22,433 bases of DNA from positions 1 to 22,433 of the forward strand of contig JBHLOY010000025.1 of the NCBI GenBank assembly GCA_048939995.1, read 5' to 3'. The stretch's first letter is position 1, and every line of letters begins with the position of its first letter. A program made the position numbers and the translations under genes. This document shows positions 1-7,918 of the stretch, in pieces. The notes beneath the pieces are model-generated. The model saw only the letters and a program-made list of their open reading frames with translations. It searched no databases and was not told where the DNA came from. This stretch comes from Promethearchaeota archaeon (GTDB lineage: Archaea; Asgardarchaeota; Lokiarchaeia; Sigyniarchaeales; SOKP01).

Positions 1-1
1 A

Positions 2-661
2 ATAACTCTTTCAAGTGAATTACAAGATCTAATAAAGAGTTCCATTCAGGAATTAAATGCATATAAAAACTGGGTCGAAGGAGAGTCTGAATCAGTTGGA
101 ATCATTAGAGAAATAGCATGGTTAGTAGATAAAAATTCAAGATTAAATTTTGAAATTGAATTATTGAAGGAACATTATAAAAATATTGAGTATAATGCTG
201 TAACTAACACTTTGAAGGTAGATATGAAAGGAAAGATGAAGACCCAAGATTTGACCTTTCAATTCCAAATCGATTTACCAATTGATTATCCTATGAAAGT
301 ACCTACAGTAAAAGTATTAAATGAATTTGATTTAGAAGCGCATGAAAAGATTAAGAATGATCTTCAAAATTCGTTTAAAGACTTTTTTGATGATTGGACG
401 CCATTTAGTTATTTAGTTGATTTATTTAATTCAGTATCCAAGAAAATCTTTGAAGTTTCTGTTGTTTCGTGTGTAATCTGTCATAAGATAGAATGTGCTA
501 CTTGTAGTTTAAAAATTGCGGGGTCTGATGGGGATACATGTCATACTGATTGTCCGTATTGTGAGAGATCTTATCATAAGCACTGTTGGGAGCAAACAAT
601 AAAATCTTTTGGCAAATGTGGTTTCTGTCTTAAAACTCCTCCCCCAGATTTAATGCCCTAG
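2..661 (+). CDS. 5'-truncated protein with E2-like (UBC/RWD) fold domain(s) and a C-terminal RING-variant zinc finger; putative E3 ubiquitin ligase of FANCL/LTN1-like architecture
   Basis: The frame is open from base 2 (ITLSSELQDL...), so the TTG start at 164 in the ORF track is an artefact. FQIDLPIDYPMKVPTV matches the UBC/RWD YPxxxP turn; DDWTPFSYLVDL resembles the E2 W-x-P helix start; there is no HPN...Cys catalytic motif. The C-terminal CATC...CPYC-x4-HxxCW...CGFC fits a C4HC3 RING-variant. Confidence 0.75.
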   Translation: MTLSSELQDLIKSSIQELNAYKNWVEGESESVGIIREIAWLVDKNSRLNFEIELLKEHYKNIEYNAVTNTLKVDMKGKMKTQDLTFQFQIDLPIDYPMKVPTVKVLNEFDLEAHEKIKNDLQNSFKDFFDDWTPFSYLVDLFNSVSKKIFEVSVVSCVICHKIECATCSLKIAGSDGDTCHTDCPYCERSYHKHCWEQTIKSFGKCGFCLKTPPPDLMP

Positions 662-662
662 T

Positions 663-682
663 AAATAGAAAATCTATTTTTT
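663..682 (+). terminator. Weak hairpin plus T-run after the RING gene
   Basis: AAATAGA (663-669) / TCTATTT (673-679) inverted repeat merging into a T6 run, just after the TAG at 659-661. AT-only stem, so weak. Confidence 0.3.
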
Positions 683-795
683 GAAAATTTTTATCTTTTC
701 GTTATATTGTTAGATCAAAATTGACACAACTAACAAGAATTGGTAAAATTTTTTTACTTTTCTTACTTTAATAATCCAATTACGTTTTTAACAAG

Positions 796-3700
796 ATGAT
801 ATGCGTGGAAGCATTAGATAAGAAGTTAGATCTTCAAAAATTAGAAGAAAAGATATTTAAATTTTGGGACAAAGAAGATATCTATTCTCTAATAAGGAAG
901 AAAGAAGATGGTAAAGAAGTCTGGAGATTTATAGATGGACCTCCATATACCACAGGTTCCATTCATCTTGGTACTGCATGGAATAAAATCATGAAAGATT
1001 ACGTAATACGCTATAAAAGAATGCGTGGATTTAAGGTCACGGATACTCCGGGATATGATACTCATGGATTACCAATAGAAGTTCAGATGGAAAAGGAGTT
1101 AGGAATAAAAAATAAGCAAGAAATATTAGATTATGGAGCAGATAAATTTATAAAAAGTTGTAAGGAGTTTGCTCTAAAAAATCTTGCAATCATGAATAAT
1201 CAATTCAAACGATTAGGTTGCTATTTTTGGGATTGGGAAAATCCTTATGTCACATATAAGAATAGTTATCTTGAGGGAATTTGGTGGACTTTGAAGAAAG
1301 CATGGGAAAAGGGTTTATTATATCAATTTTATCGACCAATAAACTGCTGTCCTCGATGTGCAACTGCTTTAGCAAAACATGAACATGAATACAAGAATAT
1401 CAAAGATACAAGTTTATTTTTGAAGATTAAATCAGCTGATATGGATGATACCTATTTTATAATTTGGACTACAACTCCATGGACATTAGTAGCGAATTCA
1501 GCCATAATGGCAAATCCATTAGCGGAGTATGCTAAGGTTTATATAGAGGATCTTAAAGAATATTGGATTTTATCAAAGGTATCTATAACACATTTAATTT
1601 CGGGTGAATTAAATTATAAGTATAAAATTGTAGAAGATTTCTTAGGAGAAGAATTAGAAGGTAAGAAATATATCCATCCTTTATTAGATGAAGTCCCTTA
1701 TCAATGGGAGCTTTCAAGGCAAAGCGAAAAAGTCCATTCAATAATACTTTCTGAAAAATATGTATCAGCAGCAGAAGGAGTAGGTTTAGTTCATTCGGCA
1801 CCAGGACATGGACCAGAAGATTTTGAAGTTGGAGTAGAAAATGGTATTCCTGTTTTCAATCCCGTAAATATTAGAGGCATTTATAATAAAGAAGCTGGTA
1901 AATTTACGGGAATGAATGTTTTTGATGCAAATGAAGTTATCTTAGATCTTTTAAAGAAAAAAGGCACCCTCATTTTGACTAATGAAATAGAACATGAATA
2001 TGCTCATTGTTGGAGATGTGATTCAAAACTAGTATATCGCGCAACAAATCAATGGTTTTTCAAAACAGAAAGCTTAGTTCCTGAACTCCTTAAAGAGAAT
2101 GAAAATATTTATTGGATTCCTGATTGGGCAGGAGATCGATGGTTTAAAAGTTGGTTATCTACTTTAAAAGATTGGTGCATATCACGGCAACGTTTTTGGG
2201 GTATTCCTTTGAGTATTTGGATATGTGATAATAAGGATTGTGGAGATATCACAGTAATAGGTTCAAGTAAGGAACTAAAAGAATTAGCAGGAGAATGTCC
2301 TGAAGATTTACATAGACCATGGATTGATAAAGTTACATGGGAATGTAAAAAGTGTAATAATGGTACTAAAAAAAGAATTCCAGATATTTCAGACGTATGG
2401 TTGGATTCTGGTTCAGTTGTGTGGGCAGCTCAAGAAGTTTATGATGGCAAAAGTCATTATGATACCTGGACTCCAGTAGATTTTATAATAGAAGGAAAAG
2501 ATCAAATAAGGGGATGGTTCAATAGTTTACTCAGCAGCGCAATGATATCCTCAGGCAGAAAGAATTATGATGCTTGTTTTATGCACGGATGGGTTCTACT
2601 AGAAAGAGCAAAAATGAGTAAATCAAAAGGAAAAGTAGTAAGTCCTGAGGACCTCATTACTGGTGATGTGCCAGAACTGCAGAGAAATAAATCTTTATCA
2701 AATATTAAAGGAGCAGAGACATTCAGATTTTATTGCATAGGAGTAACTCAACCAGGTCGCGATTTCAACTTTAGTCTTAAAGAGTACACTGATACTTACA
2801 AGATTCTTAATACAATATGGAATGTGTACGTTTATGCTCATGAAAAATTCAATTTAGCTGAATTTAATCCTTCAAAAGTTCAATTCGATTTAAAAAAGAT
2901 TAGCAAATTTGACAAATGGATACTTTCAAGATTAAATTCTACTATAAAGAAAATAACTCAACTTTCGGATGAATACCAACTTCCATGGATTACAGGAGAA
3001 TTAAGGGATTTTGCGGTCAATGATATAAGCAGATGGTACATTATGCTAAACCGTGAAAAACTGGATGTTTACTCTGAAGACCCAAATAAATTACAAATAA
3101 TGTCAGTCTTACATCATGTACTTTACAATTATTTACTATTGCTAGCACCAGTTAACCCCATGATGACAGAGGAAATATATTTGAAAATGTTTAAAAAGTA
3201 TTCAAAGTTAATGGGATTGGGTGAGGCAGAAAGCATTCATTTGCAAGATTGGCCACAGTTTAATGAAAAATTGATTGATACAGATTTGGAAAACCAGATG
3301 GCTTTTACAAGAGACTTAATAGAAAATATAAGAGCATTAAAAGATGAAAATAATATTAGATTAAGATGGCCAAATAAAAGACTTAGTATCGAACCTAAGG
3401 AAGGAATGCCTGAGATCGAGTTTCCAGAAATCATAAAACAAATTGGAAACGTAAGAGATTTAGTAGTTTCAAAATCAGTTAAATATACTGAGCAGCTACT
3501 CAAAATGGAAACAAAATTCTGCAATTTATATCTAGATATCAGCCTAGATGATGAATTATTAGCTGAGCGAGTAGTTAATGATTTAATCAGAAATATTCAG
3601 TATTCTCGAAAAAGAAATAATTATAATGTTGGAGAAAATATTGAATTAACACTAAGCGCAAAGGCTGATTACTTGAATAATTATCTCGATAAGAATAAAG

Positions 3701-3945
3701 ATTTGATTTCAGAGAAAGTAACAGCAAGTAATATAAATGTTACTAATCAAAACTTAAAGAAGGAGAAAGAAAAAGTACGTAGTCAGTTACACATATGTCC
3801 TAATAGAGAGTGCTCAGCATCATTAAAGGATAATATAGTCTCAAGGTTCAAAAAGCAAGCTGAAGTAAAGTGCCCTTATTGCGAGACAAATATAAAGGAA
3901 AAAGATGTTAAATTAATAGAATTTGAATTTAATCGACAAAAATAA
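796..3945 (+). CDS. ileS: Isoleucine--tRNA ligase, archaeal/eukaryotic type
   Basis: DGPPYTTGSIHLGTAWNK (HIGH-equivalent), GYDTHGLPIE, WTTTPWTL (CP1 editing), DWCISRQRFWG, EGKDQIRGWF and KMSKS; 1049 aa. The start could be GTG at 805. Confidence 0.97.
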   Translation: MICVEALDKKLDLQKLEEKIFKFWDKEDIYSLIRKKEDGKEVWRFIDGPPYTTGSIHLGTAWNKIMKDYVIRYKRMRGFKVTDTPGYDTHGLPIEVQMEKELGIKNKQEILDYGADKFIKSCKEFALKNLAIMNNQFKRLGCYFWDWENPYVTYKNSYLEGIWWTLKKAWEKGLLYQFYRPINCCPRCATALAKHEHEYKNIKDTSLFLKIKSADMDDTYFIIWTTTPWTLVANSAIMANPLAEYAKVYIEDLKEYWILSKVSITHLISGELNYKYKIVEDFLGEELEGKKYIHPLLDEVPYQWELSRQSEKVHSIILSEKYVSAAEGVGLVHSAPGHGPEDFEVGVENGIPVFNPVNIRGIYNKEAGKFTGMNVFDANEVILDLLKKKGTLILTNEIEHEYAHCWRCDSKLVYRATNQWFFKTESLVPELLKENENIYWIPDWAGDRWFKSWLSTLKDWCISRQRFWGIPLSIWICDNKDCGDITVIGSSKELKELAGECPEDLHRPWIDKVTWECKKCNNGTKKRIPDISDVWLDSGSVVWAAQEVYDGKSHYDTWTPVDFIIEGKDQIRGWFNSLLSSAMISSGRKNYDACFMHGWVLLERAKMSKSKGKVVSPEDLITGDVPELQRNKSLSNIKGAETFRFYCIGVTQPGRDFNFSLKEYTDTYKILNTIWNVYVYAHEKFNLAEFNPSKVQFDLKKISKFDKWILSRLNSTIKKITQLSDEYQLPWITGELRDFAVNDISRWYIMLNREKLDVYSEDPNKLQIMSVLHHVLYNYLLLLAPVNPMMTEEIYLKMFKKYSKLMGLGEAESIHLQDWPQFNEKLIDTDLENQMAFTRDLIENIRALKDENNIRLRWPNKRLSIEPKEGMPEIEFPEIIKQIGNVRDLVVSKSVKYTEQLLKMETKFCNLYLDISLDDELLAERVVNDLIRNIQYSRKRNNYNVGENIELTLSAKADYLNNYLDKNKDLISEKVTASNINVTNQNLKKEKEKVRSQLHICPNRECSASLKDNIVSRFKKQAEVKCPYCETNIKEKDVKLIEFEFNRQK

Positions 3946-3972
3946 TCTTTTTTAGGAGTTCAATCCTAAAAA
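3946..3972 (+). terminator. ileS terminator: oligo-T plus 9-bp inverted repeat
   Basis: TAA-TCTTTTTT directly after the stop; TTTTTAGGA (3949-3957) pairs with TCCTAAAAA (3964-3972) across a 6-nt loop. Confidence 0.55.
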
Positions 3973-3982
3973 TTTAATATTA
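3966..3982 (+). promoter_or_regulatory. Putative BRE/TATA promoter of the heptose-PPP operon
   Basis: CTAAAAATTTAATATTA: an A-rich BRE-like tract then TTTAATA, about 65 nt upstream of the hddA ATG. The identical 17-mer occurs at 10420-10436. Confidence 0.45.
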
Positions 3983-4046
3983 TATTATTTATTAATACTT
4001 ATCCAAGTAAAAATTAAGAATTAAATTCAGAAACTCATTATTTTTT

Positions 4047-5060
4047 ATGATAATACGTTCAAAAGCTCCTTTCAGAATAAGTTTTGGAGGTGGTGGTACA
4101 GATTTGCCTCCCTATTGCACGGAACATGGAGGTTGTGTTATTAATACTGCTATTGATCGTCATGTTTATATTTCAGTTTCTCCTCGAAATGATAAAAGAA
4201 TTAGAATCGTATCTACCAATTTAAATGAACAATTTGAATTTAATGTCAAAGATAATAACTATTCTAACGGTTATGAACTATTTAAAGGTACGATTAATGT
4301 GTTAGATATCTCTGATGGATTCGATATTAACATCTACTCAGAATTACCAGCTGGGTCAGGAATGGGTGGCTCATCTACGCTAGTTGTTGCTTTAATAGGG
4401 GCTTTCAATGAATACTATCAAAATGAATTAACAAAGCACGAAATTGCGCAAAAAGCGTATGAAATCGAAAGGATTGAGCTAGAACAAAAAGGAGGTTATC
4501 AAGATCAGTTTGCAGCCGCTTATGGAGGTTTTAATTTTATGGAGTTTACTGATAAAGCGAAAATATCTCCTGTGGATACAACAGAGCAAATATTAAATGA
4601 ACTACAATTTCGATTAGTACTATGCTATGTAGGAGGTTCGCATTTTTCCTCAGATATTCAAGATGAAGTATTAGAAGGATATAAAGATGAGAGAAAAACG
4701 TTTATTGAGACTATGCAAGATTTGAAGGATGTTGCATATGAAATGAAAGCTTTAATTGAATCTAAAGATGTTAATCAATTGACTAAATTTGGAGAACTTC
4801 TACATAAAGGTTGGATGTCGAAAAAAAGCCTCAGTTCAAAAATCTCCAGTAAGAACATTGAAAATTTTTACTTAACTTCAAGAAAATTTGGTGTTATTGG
4901 CGGAAAATTGCTTGGTGCGGGCGGTGGGGGACATTTACTTTTATTTTCAGATCCAGAGAAAAAATTTAATGTCATAAACGAATTAAAAAAAATTGGAGGA
5001 ACTATAGTAAATTTTCATTTTAATCCTAAAGGATTAGAAGTTTGGAGATTAGGATCTTAA
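4047..5060 (+). CDS. hddA: GHMP kinase; D-glycero-alpha-D-manno-heptose-7-phosphate 1-kinase
   Basis: KAPFRISFGGGGTD, PAGSGMGGSS (GHMP P-loop), GGYQDQFAAAYGG and GKLLGAGGGG; lies directly upstream of gmhA/gmhB. Confidence 0.9.
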   Translation: MIIRSKAPFRISFGGGGTDLPPYCTEHGGCVINTAIDRHVYISVSPRNDKRIRIVSTNLNEQFEFNVKDNNYSNGYELFKGTINVLDISDGFDINIYSELPAGSGMGGSSTLVVALIGAFNEYYQNELTKHEIAQKAYEIERIELEQKGGYQDQFAAAYGGFNFMEFTDKAKISPVDTTEQILNELQFRLVLCYVGGSHFSSDIQDEVLEGYKDERKTFIETMQDLKDVAYEMKALIESKDVNQLTKFGELLHKGWMSKKSLSSKISSKNIENFYLTSRKFGVIGGKLLGAGGGGHLLLFSDPEKKFNVINELKKIGGTIVNFHFNPKGLEVWRLGS

Positions 5061-5081
5061 TTAATGATAAAGAGGATATTT

Positions 5082-5648
5082 ATGGAAAACGAAATAATTG
5101 CAATATTGAATGAAAGTATTAAAATAAAGGAAGGAATTAAGAATTTATCATCTTTAATAGCACAAATATCTAAAGTAATTATTAATGCTTTTAAAAATAA
5201 AAAAAAAGTAGTGCTGTTTGGAAATGGTGGTAGTGCTGCTGATGCCCAGCATATCGCTGCTGAATTTGTAGGAAAATTTTACAAGGATCGTGAATCTCTT
5301 CCAGCTTTGGCATTTCACACAAACTCATCAGTACTTACAGCAACTGCTAATGATTATGGATATGAATTTGTGTTTGAAAGACAAGTATCTGCTTTTGTTG
5401 AAAAAGGAGACATTACAATTGGAATTAGCACATCTGGGAATTCTACTAATGTAATAAAAGCTTTAAATAAAGCCAAAGAAAAAGGAGCAATTACGGTTGG
5501 TTTTACTGGGCAAAAAGAAAATAAAATGGAAAAAATTGTGGATTATTGTCTTAAAATGCCATCTGATGACACCCCTAGGATTCAAGAGGGACATATAACT
5601 GTAGGACATATTATATGTTATCTAGTTGAAAAGGAATTATTTTGTTAA
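5082..5648 (+). CDS. gmhA: Sedoheptulose-7-phosphate isomerase (phosphoheptose isomerase)
   Basis: GNGGSAADAQHIAAE, ANDYG, STSGNS and RIQEGH SIS-domain motifs. ATG 5082 is preferred because of GAGGA at 5072-5076; ATG 5064 is the alternative. Confidence 0.95.
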   Translation: MENEIIAILNESIKIKEGIKNLSSLIAQISKVIINAFKNKKKVVLFGNGGSAADAQHIAAEFVGKFYKDRESLPALAFHTNSSVLTATANDYGYEFVFERQVSAFVEKGDITIGISTSGNSTNVIKALNKAKEKGAITVGFTGQKENKMEKIVDYCLKMPSDDTPRIQEGHITVGHIICYLVEKELFC

Positions 5649-5651
5649 ATA

Positions 5652-6215
5652 ATGATGATAAATAGTAATAAGGCAATCTTTTTGGACAGAGATGGAGTAA
5701 TAAATGAGGAAGTAAATCATCTATCTAATCCTGATAATTTGCAATTCATTGAAGGATCCATCGAGGCTTTAAAAATCTTAAAGGATCTTGGATATCTCTT
5801 AATTGTAATTACCAATCAGGCAGGAATAGCAAAAGGATATTTCTCAGAAGCGATCCTTGATGAAATTCATGACAAGATGAAACGTATATTGTATGAAAAT
5901 AATGTAATATTGGATGCCATTTTTTTTTGTCCTCACCATCCTGATTTCACGGGACCATGCAATTGTAGAAAACCAAATCCAGGGATGATATTAAAAGCAA
6001 GAGATAAATATAATATTAATTTAAGAGAGTCATTTATGGTAGGAGATACCTTAAATGATATTGAAACTGGGTTAAGAGCAGAGTGTCAAACCGTATTGGT
6101 ATTAACAGGTTATGGGAAAGAAGAAAGAGATAAAATTGATGAAATTTTACCTGACTTTATCTTTGATAGTTTAATAGAATTTGCTAAAAATTTAAAAATG
6201 GATTCAAAATTATAG
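5652..6215 (+). CDS. gmhB: D-glycero-D-manno-heptose-1,7-bisphosphate 7-phosphatase (HAD IIIA)
   Basis: FLDRDGVIN, ITNQAGIAKG, Zn loop CPHHP...CNCRKP and MVGD. Confidence 0.93.
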   Translation: MMINSNKAIFLDRDGVINEEVNHLSNPDNLQFIEGSIEALKILKDLGYLLIVITNQAGIAKGYFSEAILDEIHDKMKRILYENNVILDAIFFCPHHPDFTGPCNCRKPNPGMILKARDKYNINLRESFMVGDTLNDIETGLRAECQTVLVLTGYGKEERDKIDEILPDFIFDSLIEFAKNLKMDSKL

Positions 6216-6245
6216 AGTATTAAAAAGACTAGATGTGACGTTAAA

Positions 6246-6902
6246 ATGAAATTCTTTATAGATACTGCTAATTTAGAACAAATTCAAGAAATGCAAGATT
6301 TGGGAATAATTGATGGAGTAACTACCAACCCTACTCTATTATCGAAAGAAGGCGCTGAACCTATAGAACAATTAAAAAAAATATGTGAAATTGTTGATGG
6401 CCCTGTAAGCGCGGAGGTTGTGGGGTTGAAAACTGAAGAGATGATAAGAGAAGCAAGAGAATTAGCAAAAATTGCTCCGAATATCGTTATAAAAATTCCT
6501 ATGACTAAGGATGGTATTAAAGCTGTGAAAATTCTTGAATCTGAAGGAATAAAAACTAATGTGACTTTAGTTTTTTCTCAAAATCAAGTTTTAATAGCGG
6601 CTAAAGCTGGAGCTTCTTATATAAGCCCTTTTATTGGAAGATTGATGGATGATGGGCAAGATGAAGTTGATATGTTATGGGAATCTATGCAAATTATCCA
6701 AGCATATGATTTTCAATCCGAAATAATTGTGGCCTCGGTGAGGAATTCTAGACATGTAATTGAAGCAGCAAAGATGGGAGCTCATATTGCTACAATACCT
6801 TTCAATGTTCTTGAAAAAATGTTTAAGCATCCAAGGACAGATGAGGGACTAAATTCGTTCCTTAAAGATTGGGAAAAATTACAAGCAAAATTAAAAAAAT
6901 AA
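6246..6902 (+). CDS. tal: Transaldolase, short (TalC/FSA-family) type
   Basis: FFIDTAN, GVTTNPT, Schiff-base VIKIP and ASVR. Glu in SAEV and Phe in SPFIGR are the transaldolase-type residues; FSA has Gln and Tyr there. Confidence 0.93.
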   Translation: MKFFIDTANLEQIQEMQDLGIIDGVTTNPTLLSKEGAEPIEQLKKICEIVDGPVSAEVVGLKTEEMIREARELAKIAPNIVIKIPMTKDGIKAVKILESEGIKTNVTLVFSQNQVLIAAKAGASYISPFIGRLMDDGQDEVDMLWESMQIIQAYDFQSEIIVASVRNSRHVIEAAKMGAHIATIPFNVLEKMFKHPRTDEGLNSFLKDWEKLQAKLKK

Positions 6903-6910
6903 GTTTAAAA

Positions 6911-7909
6911 ATGGCTTTAGTTGATTTGCTATCAAAATGGAAAAATAAGAAAGTTCTAATCATTGGAGAAGCATTAATAGATAGATATATTTTTGGACAA
7001 GCAGATCGCATTTCTCCTGATGCTCCAGTCCCTAATGTGAAGATTGAGCGCCATGAGACATATTTAGGGGCAATTGGGTTAGTTATACAGTTTATTAAAG
7101 CTCTAGGTGGAGTTCCAGAGATATGTACTATTGTGGGAGATGACTATGAGGGTGATTTTTTTATTAAAAGAATAAAAGAGCTAAATATTGATCACTCGAA
7201 TATAATAATTGATAAAGATATTAATACTCCTCAAATTACTCGAATAAAGGCTAAGAATCAACACTTATTAAGATTAGAAACAGATTATTCGACAGAAATT
7301 TCAAACGAGACTATTACAAAATTCTTTGACACAATTAAATCCAATTTTAAAAGCATTGATTCAATAGTGATCTTGGACTATGGAGCAGGAGATTTATTTA
7401 AAGATGAATTTATCCCTAATTTATTAGGTTCTTTAAAAAAGAATTATAAAAACATACCTATAATTGCTCGCCCAAATATCTCAAACTATTATCTTTATGA
7501 AGATATTGATTTGATAAAAATTAATCTTCAAAAAGCCTTGACTAATTTCTCGATAGATTGTTGTACTGAAACTAGTATTATTATTGCTGGTAAACGCATC
7601 ATTAATTCATCACAATGCAAAAATCTTCTTCTAAATTATTTGGAAACTGAGTCATATTTATTCTATAAAGATCAAGAGAAAGTAGAAAGAATAAAACCAA
7701 TTTTAACACAACCTGCAAGAAGTTATGTGGCTGTTGGTAGCTCAATTATGGCAATATTAGGTCTTATTTATGCCGCGAACATATCAGTATTAGATGGAGT
7801 AAAGATTGCAATGTCGGCAGCAGCACTTTCAGCAACTCTTCCACCAATTGAATTTTTTAATCAGGAGACTTTAAAAAGTTATATTTTAACGATTTCTAAT
7901 AATCAATAA
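6911..7909 (+). CDS. RfaE/HldE kinase-domain (PfkB family) homolog with degenerate catalytic motifs; probable pseudokinase
   Basis: KVLIIGEALIDRYIFG-QADRISPDAPVP, TIVGDD, NQHLLRL and ILDYGAG match the HldE kinase domain, but the DVTGAGDT motif reads SYVAVGSS. ATG 6911 is preferred over TTG 6869, which overlaps tal. Confidence 0.82.
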   Translation: MALVDLLSKWKNKKVLIIGEALIDRYIFGQADRISPDAPVPNVKIERHETYLGAIGLVIQFIKALGGVPEICTIVGDDYEGDFFIKRIKELNIDHSNIIIDKDINTPQITRIKAKNQHLLRLETDYSTEISNETITKFFDTIKSNFKSIDSIVILDYGAGDLFKDEFIPNLLGSLKKNYKNIPIIARPNISNYYLYEDIDLIKINLQKALTNFSIDCCTETSIIIAGKRIINSSQCKNLLLNYLETESYLFYKDQEKVERIKPILTQPARSYVAVGSSIMAILGLIYAANISVLDGVKIAMSAAALSATLPPIEFFNQETLKSYILTISNNQ

Positions 7910-7918
7910 TAAAATTTC

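Noticed and set aside
961-987. Non-canonical HIGH motif (HLGT) as a sign of a defective or special IleRS
   Set aside because: HxGT is a usual variant in archaeal IleRS, and KMSKS is intact.
4047-6902. hddA, gmhA, gmhB and tal share one reading frame separated by single stops (TAA, TAA, TAG): polyprotein or TAG/pyrrolysine read-through?
   Set aside because: Each protein has normal family length and its own start. TAG ends three other genes at natural positions (661, 15379, 18667). The frame coincidence is plausible by chance.
6246-6902. Annotation as fructose-6-phosphate aldolase (fsa)
   Set aside because: It has the Glu (SAEV) and Phe (SPF) diagnostic of transaldolase activity, and the tkt/rpe context agrees.
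6869-6910. TTG start at 6869 for the RfaE-like gene
   Set aside because: It overlaps tal by 34 nt and adds no family-like sequence; ATG 6911 matches the usual domain start.
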